Below, one piece after another: positions 10,712 to 23,700 of a DNA stretch of 64,000 nt. The position numbers were made by a program, and so were the translations under genes. Below the pieces are notes generated by a model, which saw nothing but the letters and a program-made list of their open reading frames with translations, was not told the origin of the DNA and searched no databases. The stretch covers positions 248,001 to 312,000 of the forward strand of contig NEEC01000012.1 of the NCBI GenBank assembly GCA_002189035.1. The letters run 5' to 3'. Source of the DNA: Utricularia gibba (lineage: Eukaryota; Plantae; Magnoliophyta). Within the stretch, counting starts at the first letter, position 1, and each line of letters opens with the position of its first letter.

Positions 10712-13700
10712 ATGCATTCCGCTCCACCAAAAGGACACCGAAGCTTAAGATCATACCGAGACATCTTGTGCCCTTTAGATCCGGAGATTGAGCGCACATT
10801 TCTGGCGAAAAAGAGGGAACTAACTTCAAATATATCTCCTGACGAAGAAATGGATGGTCAACCACCTACTGGAGTCCCCAAAATGCATGGAGAACAGGAG
10901 CAACAGCATTCGCAATTTTTTCCAGTTCTACCGATCAGTAATCATGGCCCAGCACTAAGGACCATAAAAGAAGAAATCACCGCCAGCCATGCTGACCGAC
11001 CACTTTGTATCATCTTTGGCGCGGAAGAGGACTTTGAGCTTCGACCATATTTGTTCCAAACACTTCCTAAGTTCACTGGGAGAGAAAATGACGACCCAAA
11101 TCGTCATCTTAGAGAGTTGCACATGGCTTGTACATCCATGCACCCAAAAGGTGCTACCGAGAACCAAGTCAAGCTGCGGGCCTTCCCTTTCAGTCTCACT
11201 GAGCGAGCCTTGGAGTGGCTGTATGGACTACCACCATCCTCTATTGCTACCTGGGAGCAAATGGTTCAAAAGTTTCTTGATAGATATGCGCCCCTAGGAA
11301 GAGCCTATGCGGGAAGAAGAGCTTTAGCTACCATGCTACAAAGTAAAGGAGAGAATTTACAGGAGTATTATGGCAGATTCAACCGGATCTGTAACACTTA
11401 TCCACAGCATGGGCTTACTGAAGGTCAAATTTTACAACATTTCTACGAAGGACTGACCCCATGATCAGAGGACAAATGGATGCCGCTTGTAATGGGTCAT
11501 TACTAGAGAACCGCCACAGCGCTGACGCCCGCAGATTGATAGAACAAATGGCTACCAACTCTTATTCTACTTCCAGTCGTTATGACTACTCATACCGAGC
11601 ACCTGGAGGAAATTCTCAACCTGTGAAATCAGTGCACGAAGTGGATAATTCCGAAGTTTTAGCTCAACTTACTGCTATGAGTGATACCTTGAAGCTTGGC
11701 TTCCAATCACTTCTCCAACAACAAGGAAGGTATCACGGATCTTCAACCTCTCATCTTTCTGATCCAGGACCTATGATACACGAGATGCCAGTGGAAGAGG
11801 TGAATGCATTTTACCAGAACTAAGGTGAAGAAGAGTACACACAAAGTCCAAGGAAGGGAGAAAGGAAGATTTTGAACAAAAAGGGAGGAAAGGTGGAGAG
11901 ATAAGTAGATCTCCCTTTGGAGACTCAAGACAAGTTTCTGGAGATTTTTCTGGAGGAAGAAGAAGGAGGGGACGACGAACCAGAAGAATATAGCTTCTCT
12001 TGAGAAATTATTTTCGTTCTTCATGTTTACTATTCCTAGCTAAGACTAGATTTGGATTTCCTGTGTGAATGAAGTGTTTGTCCTTCTTTTGCTTCATATT
12101 GCTCGTTGTTTCTTAGCATTTGTAGCCAAGATGTTGCTTAGTATCTGCTATGAAAATGTTTTACTTTCCATTACTATGAGTAGCTAAGCACTTAGAGGGG
12201 GATGCCTTGGGGTGAGAAGGGGAGAAATATGCTAATCCATCCTTAGACCTCATAAATTATAAGTCACACTACTTCCTTAGCAAACCAGGATTGATCCAGG
12301 AGGGGAGGTAGTGAAACCCAACTAACAACCCTAATTAGAAGTAGACCAAAGATTAGGGGGAAAAACAAGAATCCGGGTAGACCTAGATCTTGTGAGTTAG
12401 TTGAATGATTTTTTATTTATGTGAGCTTGTTTAGTGATATGCATACATCTCCTAGGAAGTTGAGGTGGAAGAAGATGCTGAAGAACAAGAGGTGGAGATT
12501 GCTACTGAACCTCTAGTGGTAAAAGTGACCCCACCACCATTTCCATGAAGGCTGAAGGCAAGAGAAGAGCAAAATGAAAAAGAAAAGATGTTGAGAGCCT
12601 TGGGAAATACCCAATTAATTTTGACTTTGCTGGAGTATATTGATTTGGTGCCCAAGAGCGTGATGTACCTGAAGCAACTTTGCATGTCAAAGCCAAAATT
12701 GAAGGAAAAAAGGCAAGGTGAAGCTGAGTGAGAGTTGTTCAGCCCTTTTGACTTGGAAATTACCTGAAAACGCAAGGACCCTGGAACATTTTTTATTCCT
12801 TGCAAAATAGGTGACCTGAACATCAGGAGAGCAATGGCTGACCTGGGAGCCTCTATAAACGTGATGTCTTGTTCTGTATATGAAACTCTCAGGTTAGGAC
12901 CTCTACAAGCCTCATGAGTGCAAATTGAACTAGCTGACCGAAGAGTTATTTCTCCAAAGGACTTGGTTGAAGATGTTCTTGTGAAGATCGAGCAGCTAGT
13001 GTTTCCAGCAGACTTCTATGTGGTAAATATGCCTGCTGGAAGTTCAAGGGATACAATCATCATCCTTGGAAGACCCTTCTTGAGCACTTCCAATGCCATA
13101 ATTAATGTGAAGATGGGTACAATTGAGTTATCCTTTGATGAAGAAAAGATCACGCTGGACATGAAAAAAGTGAACAATTATCCCAGCGATTTTGAGAGTG
13201 TATGCTCAGTGGATGTGATGGATAAATTGGTTGAGGAGCATATTGAGAAGGCTATCCAAGAGAAGGAAGAAGAATATGAAGAATCATTTTTTGCAAGGGT
13301 GGAAGCTGAAAAGGGGTCAGAACAAGTGAATGCTATGCAAGGCAAGACCCTGGAGGAGAGGACAACTGAGCTGAAGCCACTGCCCACACACCTGAAGTAC
13401 GCATTCTTGGATGAAGAAATGAACAACCCAGTTATCATCTCAAATAGTCATAGCTTAGACCAAGAGTTGCGACTGGTGGACGTGCTGATAAGGAATAAGA
13501 AGGCGATTGGCTAGACTCTTGCAGATATTGAAGGCATCTCTCCCTCTATATGTATGCACAGGATTTTATTAGAAGATGGAGCAAAACCTGTTCGCCAGCC
13601 ACAAAGACGCCTCAACCCAAATATGATGAAAGTGGTAAAGAAGGAAATTGTAAGACTCCATGATGCAGGTATTATCTATTCCATCACAGATAGTGAATGG

Positions 13701-16217
13701 GTGAGTCCAATCCATGTGGTGCCCAAGAAGATTGGTATGACAGTGGTGGAGAACGAGAAGGGAGAGTTGGTGCCTCAAAGAATTCAAAATGGATGGAGAG
13801 TATGCATAGACTATAGGAAATTAAATGAAGTGACCAAGAAGGACCATTACCCCTTACCTTTCATTGATCAAATGCTCGAAAAATTAGCAGAAAAATCTTT
13901 TTATTGTTTCTTAGATGGTTATTCTGGATATAACCAAGTTGCAATTTCAAGTACGAATCAAGATAAGACTACTTTTACCTGTCCATTTGGGACTTATGCT
14001 TATAGAAAAATGCCCTTTGGGTTGTGCAACGCCCCTGCTACCTTCTAGAGGTGTATGACCAGCATCTTCTCAAACTTTGGTGAGAATTTCATAGAAATTT
14101 TTATGGACGATTTTACAGTGTATGGAGAGGATTATGAGTCATGTTTAGATCATTTGGATCAGGTTTTGCGAAAATATGTTGAAAAAAATCTTGTTCTTAA
14201 TTCTGAAAAATGCCATTTTATGGTTGATCAAGGAATTGTGCTTGGTCATGTTATTTCTAGGAAGGGAATTGAGGTAGACAAAGCAAAAATCGAAATTATG
14301 ACTGAGTTACCGTATCCAATTGATGTTAAAGGTGTGAGATCATTTCTGGGACATGCTGGTTTTTATAGAAGATTTATTCAGAATTTTTCTAAGATTGCCT
14401 TGCCTCTTAGTAGACTTTTGCATAATGATGTGGAATTTATTTTTGATGATTCATGCAAAAATGCTTTTAATTGCTTAAAAGAGGCTGTGACTACTGCTCC
14501 TGTGATTCAACCACCAAACTGGAGGTATGATTTCGAAATTATGAGTAGCCATGCTGTAGGGGCGGTTTTAGGACAGAAAATTGAAGGGAAACATCATGTT
14601 AATTCTTATGCTTCCAAAACTTTAGATGATGCCTAGAAAAATTACACTGTGACTGAAAGAGAATTTTTAGCTGTGATTTTTGCTTTGGAGAAATTTCGTT
14701 CCTATCTTCTAGGGAGCAAAGTTGTGGTCTACACAAACCATTCAGCAGTAAAACATTTGATGGAGAAGAAGGAGACCAAACCACGATTGATCAGATGGGT
14801 TCTCCTTGTTCAGGAGTTTGATGTGGAAATTAAAGACAGGCCTGGGAAAGAGAACATGGTCGCTGACCATCTCAGCAGAATGGAAGGGCTGAAGACTGAA
14901 AGTCCTATCACTGAAACGTTCCCTGATGAACAATTATTCTTAGTTAGGACTAATATTCGTGAACCGTGGTTTGCAGACTTGGCTAACTTTGTTTCAGCAG
15001 GAGTGATGCCACCAGGAATTGATTATCACATGAAGAACAAACTGAAGAGTGACGCCAAATATTATATTTGGGACGATCCTTACCTTTGGAAGAGATGCAA
15101 TGATGGTGTCATTAGAAGGTGTGTTCATGAGTTTGAAATTCCTAAAATTATCAATTCTTGTCATGCAGTACCCTTTGATGGCCATCATGGACCAAACCGT
15201 ACAGCCAGAAAAATATTGGACTGTGGATTCTACTGGCCTCACATCTTTAGAGACTGTTATGCTTATTGTAAGGGTTGTGAGCCATGCCAAAGAGTGCGAA
15301 ATTTATCAAATAGGGACGAAATGCCTCAGCAAGGAATCCTGGTATGTGAATTATTTGATATTTGGGGCATTGATTTTATGGGTCATTCCCCACTTCTGCA
15401 GGCTACAACTATATTTTAGTGGCTGTTGATTACGTCTCAAAGTGGATTGAAGCCATTCCTACAAGGACGGATGACGCAAAAACAGTGATTAAACAGTGAC
15501 CGAGGTACGTATTTTTATAATCAGGCCTTGAGAAGTGTATTGAAGCAGTTCAACGTTTGGTATAAGCCATCAACAGCATACCATCCACAAACAAATGGCC
15601 AAATGGAGATATCAAACAGGGAGATTAAACAGATTTTGGAGAAAGTGGTAAACCCGAACAGGAAGGACTGGAGTCTGAGACTGAGGGATGCTTTATGGGC
15701 AATCCGAACAGCATATAAAACACCAATTGGGACATCTCCATTCAGGTTAGTTTATGGAAAGCCTTGCAGGTTACCTGCTGCATTAGAGCACAAAGCCTGG
15801 TGGGCAATGAAGAGGCTAAACCTTGATGACAGTCTTTGTACAAGCCAAAGAAAATTGCAGCTCTCAGAACTGGAAGAGCTGAGAAATGATGCGTACGAAA
15901 GCTCAAAATTATTCAAAGCTAGGACTAAAAGTTACCACGACAAACATATTTCAAGGAGGTCCTTTGAAGCTGGTCAGAAAGTTCTGCTATTTCAATCCAG
16001 ACTAAAGTTACACCCAGGGAAACTCAAATCTCGTTGGACTGGACCATTTGTAGTGAAAGAAGTTTTCCCAAACAGAACAGTGGAGGTTTATGATGGAGGG
16101 ACTAACACAAGTTTCATTGTGAATGGACATAGGTTGAAGATTTTTTATGAAAATCTTCAAAACAGGTTTGCTGAAGAAGTTGAAGTTCTTGTCCTAAGGG
16201 ACACAGAAACAACGTAG
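10712..16217 (+). pseudogene. Athila gag-pol polyprotein, disrupted
   Basis: Motifs [91 protein letters not shown] and GKLKSRWTGPF. Stops at 12916, 13512, 14046 and 14634; frameshifts near 11460 and 15400. Confidence 0.92.
11825..12457 (+). repeat. Fragment of LTR family B embedded in gag
   Basis: Reverse complement of about 63057-63700; shared blocks include GAGTAGCTAAGCACTTAG, GATTAGGGGGAAAAACAAGAAT and GTAGACCTAGATCTTGTGAGTTAGTTG. Confidence 0.85.
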
Positions 16218-16555
16218 AACTTGCTGAAAGTCTAGTTCAGGACTGAAAACAGGGACGCTCTTGGGAGGCAACCCAAGTTTAATTTCTGTAGTTTTATTTC
16301 CCTGTTATTTTACTTTTGCACTTTTAGACTTAGCTAGGAGTTATTTTGGAAAGTCTTTATTGTGTTTCTGTTGCAGAAAAGGGAGTTACACTGTAGTTAC
16401 AGGAAGTAACGTACAGGGGTAGCAACTGACTGTCAAGATTTTACAGATTTACCCTCAAACCCTTGAGGAATTTGAGGGTAAATTTCTTTGTAACGTTCAC
16501 TTTGTTTCAAACGTTACACTCGCTCCTGAGAATTGTAGAGAGAAGAGCTAGCAAG

Positions 16556-17567
16556 ATGCCTACAAAACGCCAGCACCAGAGCACTATTGCTGCAAAACCC
16601 AGCAAGAAAGCTGCATCAGAGAGCAGTAAGCGCAAGAAAACTAAGGAGGACGTTGGAATTGCTCCTACCCAGGAACAAAACAAGGTTGTAAATGTTGGAG
16701 AAGAGCAATTTCAGGGAGTTGATGCTCTCCTGCATGCAGCGGATCTGGGTGGAACTCCTTCTCAAGAAATAGCATAACCTCCTGTGATGGAACGAAGAAG
16801 TCCAAGACCGAAGGCACCCACCAGCCCTGACCTTCAGCAAAAATGGAGAGAATTGCAGAGGAGTTACAAAGGAAAGGGAAAATCGGTAGTTGAAGAAACA
16901 TCTGCTAAACCACCCCAAATTGTGTACCAGAAAAAGGAGAAGGGAAGAAAGAGCCAAAGGAAGCAACAAGAAGTCACCATGCAAACTGCACTTGAAGAAG
17001 AAATTGCACCAGAAGAGGCAGAAGAAATCCTAGAAATTGCAGAGCAACCAACTAAAGAAAAGGAAGCAGAAGCTAGGGAAGCAAAACAAGTTCCAGCAGA
17101 AAGTGAGGAGCCAGCCACACCCACTACTACAGCAGCAGGAGAAGAAGAGGATGACCAAAATCTGGTGGCAAAGAGAACGAGGAGTAAAACAAAGAAGCAG
17201 CAAGAACCTGAACCAGAAATAGAGGAATTGGAGAAAAATGCCAGTGAGGAAGAATAGGTACAAATGAAAAGAGAAAATTTTTTACCTAACCTTGTCCCGT
17301 TGTTCTTGAGTTTAGGTAAGGTTGAAGAGGAAGAGAAAGGGAAATCACAACGAAGAATGACCAGCAAAGGCATTCCTTATTTTAAGCAGCATGCAGAGAT
17401 GTTAAACCTGAAATATCTTTAGTTCAAGAATGAAGAATTCGCCACCAGGTATGACAAGGTAAAAGGGACAAAGGTGATGCATTGCCGCATCATAGATTAT
17501 GAGATCTTGGTGGAATTGGGGATAGTTACTGAAGTTCATTCACTGCTTGAAAATTCTGGGATGCTTA
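16556..17567 (+). pseudogene. Athila extra ORF (ORF2/env-like), Glu/Lys-rich N-terminus, disrupted and truncated
   Basis: Lies 3' of integrase in sense orientation; MPTKRQHQS... then an acidic/basic low-complexity stretch, then EFATRYDKVKGTKVMHCRIIDYEILVELGI. Assignment is by position in Athila elements. Confidence 0.6.
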
Positions 17568-17569
17568 TA

Positions 17570-19850
17570 GATGCTAGAAGAGGTTAGATGGACAATGGCA
17601 GATCCATTCAACATGTGACGTGATGAGGTTACTAAGTGGAAGAGATGGTACTCATCGGCTGCAATGTAAACAATTGAGAGCAACTCGGTTTCAGAGTCTA
17701 GTGTGGAAATGCGCTAAACAGATCTCATACATTTGGAATGGGTTAAAGGGTTGCATCAATATTGTATTAACCTAAGAGGTTGGATCTGCTCATACTGGAT
17801 GTGGCAAATCACAGGTACTTCTCACTCTTTAAGGTCCCCAAAACAGTAGCGACAAAATTGGAGAGGATATGGGTGCGCTTCTTCTGGGACCCTCGGCGAC
17901 AAATAGAACGTCCACGTGGATCAGCTGGGAAACCCTCCTCAAACCTTACGAGGAAGGGGGCCTAAACATTGGGAGCCTGGAGGTGGAAAATCTTGCTCTA
18001 CTAGCCAAATGGTGGTGGCGATATAAGTCGGAGCATGGTGGTTTGTGGAAACAAGCCATTGAATCAGTATATCGAGAAGACGGTGGCGTCAACACATCAC
18101 TAGGCCCTCGGTTGCGTAACACAATGTGGGGACGCATCACAAGACTACATGAGCGGATTCAACAAAGCTTCGATGCGGTGGATATCTCATCCAACTTCAA
18201 ACACCAGTCGGGGAGTGGAACTCGAATCCGCTTCTGGGAAGACTGTTGGGGCTCTTTAGACAGCACCTTGAAGAATGACTTCCCTGATTTCTATGGCTAC
18301 GGCATCCCCGCACGGTCTTCTCTCTACTCAGCGGAACAACAGCTCCTCCAACCTGTTTTGCCGCTCTGGCTCCAGGTTATCCGACGAGAATCACCATTGG
18401 GCTCTGTTTTCATCTCTTCGGTTATAGATAACCTCGTCGAGTGGCGGCGCCGCCGCACATCCAAGGAAGATAGCAAAGACACGGTTGGTTTCGGGCCACA
18501 AAGCCAAGCCTTCACAGTAAAGCTAGCTAAGGACGTCATATGCTCCAAATCACCCTCAAAGATCATGACACCCTTTCACAACCGCTTGGGGTACGGTCCC
18601 GCTAAAAATCAGAATTTTCATGTGGCAAGCTAACATGAACAGGTTGCCCATTGGAGACAACTTGATGGCGTGAGGAGCACCAATGGAGATAGGCACATGT
18701 GCCTGGTGTGGATAGAGTGTAGAAACTTTGAACCATCTCATGTTTACCTGTACCATGGCACAGTGCGTGTGGGGCTGCATTCTAGATTGGTGGCATCTTG
18801 ATAGGTCTACCGTATCACTATCAACATGGAACTCGTGCTGCTCTAGCGCACTCCGAATAGAGAAAGGCAAACAAGCATGGCACTCCACAATCGCCTCTAT
18901 GATGTGGAACATATGGAAGCTTCGCAACAAGAACCGCTTCCAGGAACAGCGAGATGAACTCATGGGAACGATGATAGTGGCTGCTAGGAGTCTATACCTT
19001 GTGTAGAGTGAAGTCATATCGTGCCTACATATGAGGAGTAACACCAAAACTATCCCCATCCACGACTGGCTAAGGGATCCAATCTTGGCGATGAAACGAG
19101 CACCTCCGCGAGATCCAACGAGTATTGGCTAATAGGGACTCTGTTAGGGAAAGAAGTCACCAGATAGCGGTGAAACTGAACGATGTAGTCCTCTTTCGAT
19201 TGACAAATATAAGCTAAGGTGAATCTTCAAAAAAAAAAAAAAAAGCATTGCATTATCACTTTAACATCCCAAATCATAGGTTTACCATGTAACCACGCCG
19301 TGCGAGCGATACGCACTAAGCATGACAACCTGAAATACTACATACATGGGTGGTATGATGAAACTCATTTTAGAGACACATACGCATTGTCGATACATGG
19401 TAAGTGGACTAAATGATTATTTATGCGAAGTTGTTTGTACATAAATGTTTGAGTTGGTGTTGGAATGCCGGATAATAGAGAATGACCTATATTGGATGAT
19501 AGGATCACATTGCCACCATTTTTCCACAACACAACTCATGGAAAACAATGAAAGCATAGGAAACAAGCACCATACAAGACACAATCACTAGCTGAAAAAC
19601 AGAAAAAAGCCAGCACAAGACAACTATAATTTTGCCGTACATGTGGGTTGATGGGGCACAATGCACGAACATGTGAAAAGAGCAAAATAAAGGTAAACTT
19701 GATAATTTGTTTACAGTTAAGTATCTCGTATGATTGTAAACACAACGTTTGTAACTTTTAGGAGGATGAAAAAAATGCTTCTAGTAAGAGAAGGCAAGAA
19801 GAAATTTTTGGGATAGATCCATCCTTTTCTCGGATGGAGCCACATGAGGG
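17570..19850 (+). pseudogene. MuDR/MULE transposase 3' fragment (SWIM finger plus CCHC), split by a LINE
   Basis: YCINLRGWICSYWMWQITG ends at 17816 and continues QIIGLPCNHAVRAI after 19270; CRTCGLMGHNARTC zinc knuckle at about 19635. Confidence 0.75.
17817..19269 (+). mobile_element. 5'-truncated L1-clade LINE (3' end of ORF2 with zf-RVT) and poly(A) tail
   Basis: Motifs ISWETLLKPYEEGGLNI, NLALLAKWWWRY, IRFWEDCW, CAWCG*SVETLNHLMFTC and WNIWKLRN. A16 at 19229-19244. Flanked by CAAATCACAGGT (17805-17816) and CAAATCATAGGT (19270-19281). Confidence 0.88.
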
Positions 19851-20574
19851 GGTAATTTTACATAAAATTTCGTAAATTTTTTTTATATTTAACATATTTG
19901 TATACATAGAAGATACATGAACCTTCGAAAGGAACAACTTCTATGGTGACAATAAATCAAGAGAAAAAAGCTAGCATGCGTGATGATGAAAAGAATGCAC
20001 TCCTTAAAGATGAGAAGGTCTTCATTTTTTTTTTTTGGATGTGCTTGCTTTTCGATTTACATAGTTTTGTAGTTCATTCAAGGCCTCATCAATGAAGCAA
20101 GAAAAAGCATCCAGCACCGAGAGCCCTAACCTAACTACAAAAGGAGGTCAATAGTTTCTCAATTGTCAAAACATCATACAATCATTGAATAACTTCACTA
20201 TTTTGAATCATGTCCAAGGAAAAAAACCAAAGACAAAGAATGCCTATAACAATCGAGCTCCACGTTTTCGTAAGTATGATGAGATAAAGTACCTACAACA
20301 AAAGTATCATTTTGAGTTTACTAATATATTACAACATATAAGATCTATTCTTTTATTAATTATTCTTTATATAATATTTTATATAATCAATACTTAAATA
20401 AAATAAATAATGCATTTGATACTTATTTATTCTAAAGACAAAGTGTTTTTTTATTAAAAAATGATGCACTCGATCATTAGAAAACATAAGGATAGAGTAT
20501 ATTGTTTGATAAATAATGCATTCTATCCCTATGTTTTCTAAGATCGATTATGTTGTTTATGCATAACCTTCGTG

Positions 20575-20730
20575 AGTTGTCGACGGACGTAGGTTATGGG
20601 TAATCCACGTCCATGTGACATGGATGTGGGGCACATACCCCACATCCGTGCGGCATATTGATGGACGTGTATTCGTTTGAGTTGGTGATGGATGTGGGTT
20701 ACACCTGTGTTGTCGATGGACGTGGGTTGT
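20575..20730. repeat. Cluster of GGAC/TGTRGG motifs, probable MULE subterminal repeats
   Basis: About five direct and two inverted copies. GTCGACGGACGTAGGTTA resembles the reverse complement of TAACCTACGTCTGTCGA at about 49500 inside the intact MULE. Confidence 0.5.
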
Positions 20731-23700
20731 CTTGTTGCATAGATTGTATAGGTGTGACATTTAATATTGTATTGTTAAATGGATATAAAATGTTTATATT
20801 CATGTTAAATGTACAAAATAAAATTGAATTATTAATTGATTGATTTTTAATGAAAAAATTGAAATTTTAATTATTTATTTTAGTAAAACTTGTTATTTAT
20901 TATAAAATAATATTGTTTAATATATATTTATGACTATTATTTTGAAAAAAACATAATAAATGACATTTTTAATGAAGTATATTCTAAAGTTGTTTAAAAT
21001 TATAATATATTTTTTATGACATTTAAATGATGATTAGTTAAGCTAATTTTTCTTGACAAAATATTACATAATACAAAAAAGCCCATCTAGCAATCTTAGT
21101 TCATTGTTATACATAATGCAGCAAAATAGGCAACAAAACACATACTCCAACGTAATACTGAAGAGATGTAATGCGTAGTAAGAAGTCATTATTTTTGGGT
21201 TAACAAAAGAGACAACGCTTCATTAAAGTTGCTTGTCATATAATCTGAAGTAGATCAACAACCCACTCAAGGCGATCACTCTCACTCATTTCAAGAAAAC
21301 ATTCTACTTTTGCTTGATCACTAAGAATCCTTGCTCATACCTCGCCTTTTTGCATAGTAGTCAAACCCATTTTTTCTACAATTTCTCACACCGTCTTTCT
21401 GTTAGATAGGTTCCCACACTCAATGCAATCTTCATGGTGAACATATTCTTATTATTTTCAGCAATAGTATCTAGCTTGTGGACCAAGTTCTTGATCAAAA
21501 CCGATTCATTCAATTTGTTAGAAAATATAATGATTAATAATATGTATTGAAATGAAAGTTAATGATAAAAAGAAAAAAAACTATTAGAAACGTCAATTAT
21601 TTTTCCTATATTTTTTATATACATATTTGAATTTTATAATTTTTTTAATGTATATGAAAAAAAAGTGTGTAAAAAAACATTTGTATGATTTTCATAAAAA
21701 ATTAGACAACATACACATCAAAAATCTCGTTAAGTGATTGAAATATTATATATAATAAAATGTTTGTACTAAAATAAAATATTTTAACATATTTGTATTA
21801 AAGTTGTTTGAAAAATCAAACAATTGTGTTTGAAATAGTTTTAATAAACGTTTGCGCAAAATGAGGCAAACTATGAAAAGGTTTGTATATGTTTTGATTT
21901 TTTCTCATTTTAAAATCACATATGAGTTACAAATTTGGTTCGTCATTCCACAACATATTCTAAAAGATTTATAAAATGTAAAATAATGAAAGCATAGTAC
22001 GACTATCGATTATAAGAACTCGATTTACAAGAGAATGGTGAAGATTGAACCGATTACAAACTTTTACAATTTGTAAACAGGTTTGTAAAAGTAAAGTATG
22101 GTAGAAACGTAAATGATTATACTGGACTAAAGAAGTTGTAAAATAAAAGAGCAAAAGTAAACTTAAATGATGAAACTTAAATAAAATAGATGCCCCTTAA
22201 ATTGGATTTTTCCATAGCTACATTTGTTATATTTTCATTCTTTTTAAGTTCTATTGAGTACTCGATTATTACAATAATGAATTACCTACCTTCTATTACC
22301 CTCTCTTGTGAAAATCATGACAATTGGCTAATGTTGATCTCCCTTGGACGATCAAAAAGATAAGATGTCCTGCCATCATTATCCTAGAAGTCAAATTACA
22401 TGTATGTGTCTGAGTGTTGCCAATTACCAAATGATCGAAATATCATATCACTATCTATCCATTATCCTAGGTACAATCACTAAAAAAATGTTGTTTACGT
22501 TGAATCAAAAGGATGTGTTTTGGTGTTTTCCACCTTATTTCTCTTCAAAACTTGTAGATAGTGGGCCAACTAATCATGAATCTCGAATAAGGGGTCGTTA
22601 TAGAAAAATTGCAATGCATTCATGTGTAGACATACGAAATTGATTAAATTCAAAGAAGAAGTGGAGAGTAACTTATGAATTGCAGAGGTGGGAGTCTTCC
22701 TACCCATAATCAAAGGTTTTTAACTGCAAGCGACCATGCAATACAAGAAACTGAAAGCAAAATTGGAACGAAGGTAGAGAATTCTTCTAGATAGATAAAA
22801 TGAAGTCTGAAAACTAAAATTGGAATTGGAAATATTTCCTTTCATTTGAACTTTGTGTCTTATGAATCCTACTATTATTTTGAGTAACGTACAAGAGCCC
22901 TACTGCTTTGACAATGCGACAATCATGTTTTCTTCCATTATCTACAATTGTGTCCTAGACGCTAAGTCTCATTATTAGTTGTTTGCATTCTTCCTGAAAT
23001 TAATGAAAATGTCACTTCAGAGAAGATTTCAATTATAGCTTTGTACTGCTTCCTTTTGCCACTTTCTATAAAGTGTTCACCTTTAACAATACTTAAGCAT
23101 AACTAAATTAAAAGTTAGATAAAATATAATAATTAGAATAATTATCATAATCTATATAAAATCTAAAAACTTATATTATAAACTCTTCAAAAGTCCTCTA
23201 AAAATTTTTTGAAAATTGTTTTTACTTTTGAAAAAATAAAAAATAGAAATAGAAATTTTTGTATAAGTAGAAACAAAAATTACAGAAATCGAAATATTAT
23301 CAAGAATTTGATGGATAAAATAAAAATAGGAAGTAGAAGTTTGTGTTTTATTATTTCTACTTTTAACTCATTTTTAATTGCATCCAAAAATTATTTTTCA
23401 AAAACATGAATAGAAATTGGAAGTTTTTTGTGAAAAATTATTTTCAATAAAAGTAGGAGTAAAAACAAGATACAAAAATTTTTCGAGAAGAGACGTTTAA
23501 ATAAACAAATTTAAGTATATTTAAAAATAGAAAATAATTTAAAAGGAGATATCAACATAACAGTTAATAAAATTGAAACTGAAAAACTACACATTTTCTC
23601 AATTGAACCCCAAAACCAATTTTCTACTGTATCCGAATAATTGAAAATGAAGCTTAGAAACCAAGAATACTTAAAAAGGAAACTCCTTAGACATGAATGT

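Larger units (their letters stand above)
9921..17567 (+). mobile_element. Athila-type Ty3/gypsy retrotransposon, 3'-truncated, no 3' LTR
   Basis: 5' LTR, tRNA-Asp PBS, gag, protease (DLGAS), RT (FMDD), RNase H, integrase, then an extra ORF; the sequence switches abruptly to MULE sequence at about 17570. Confidence 0.9.

Noticed and set aside
16864-17373. 169-aa Ser/Phe-rich minus-strand ORF
   Set aside because: It is the antisense shadow of the Glu/Lys-rich Athila extra ORF.
17780-17816. N-terminus MDLLILDVANH of ORF 17780-17965 as LINE sequence
   Set aside because: This stretch reads as the MULE SWIM motif in another frame; the LINE starts at 17817.
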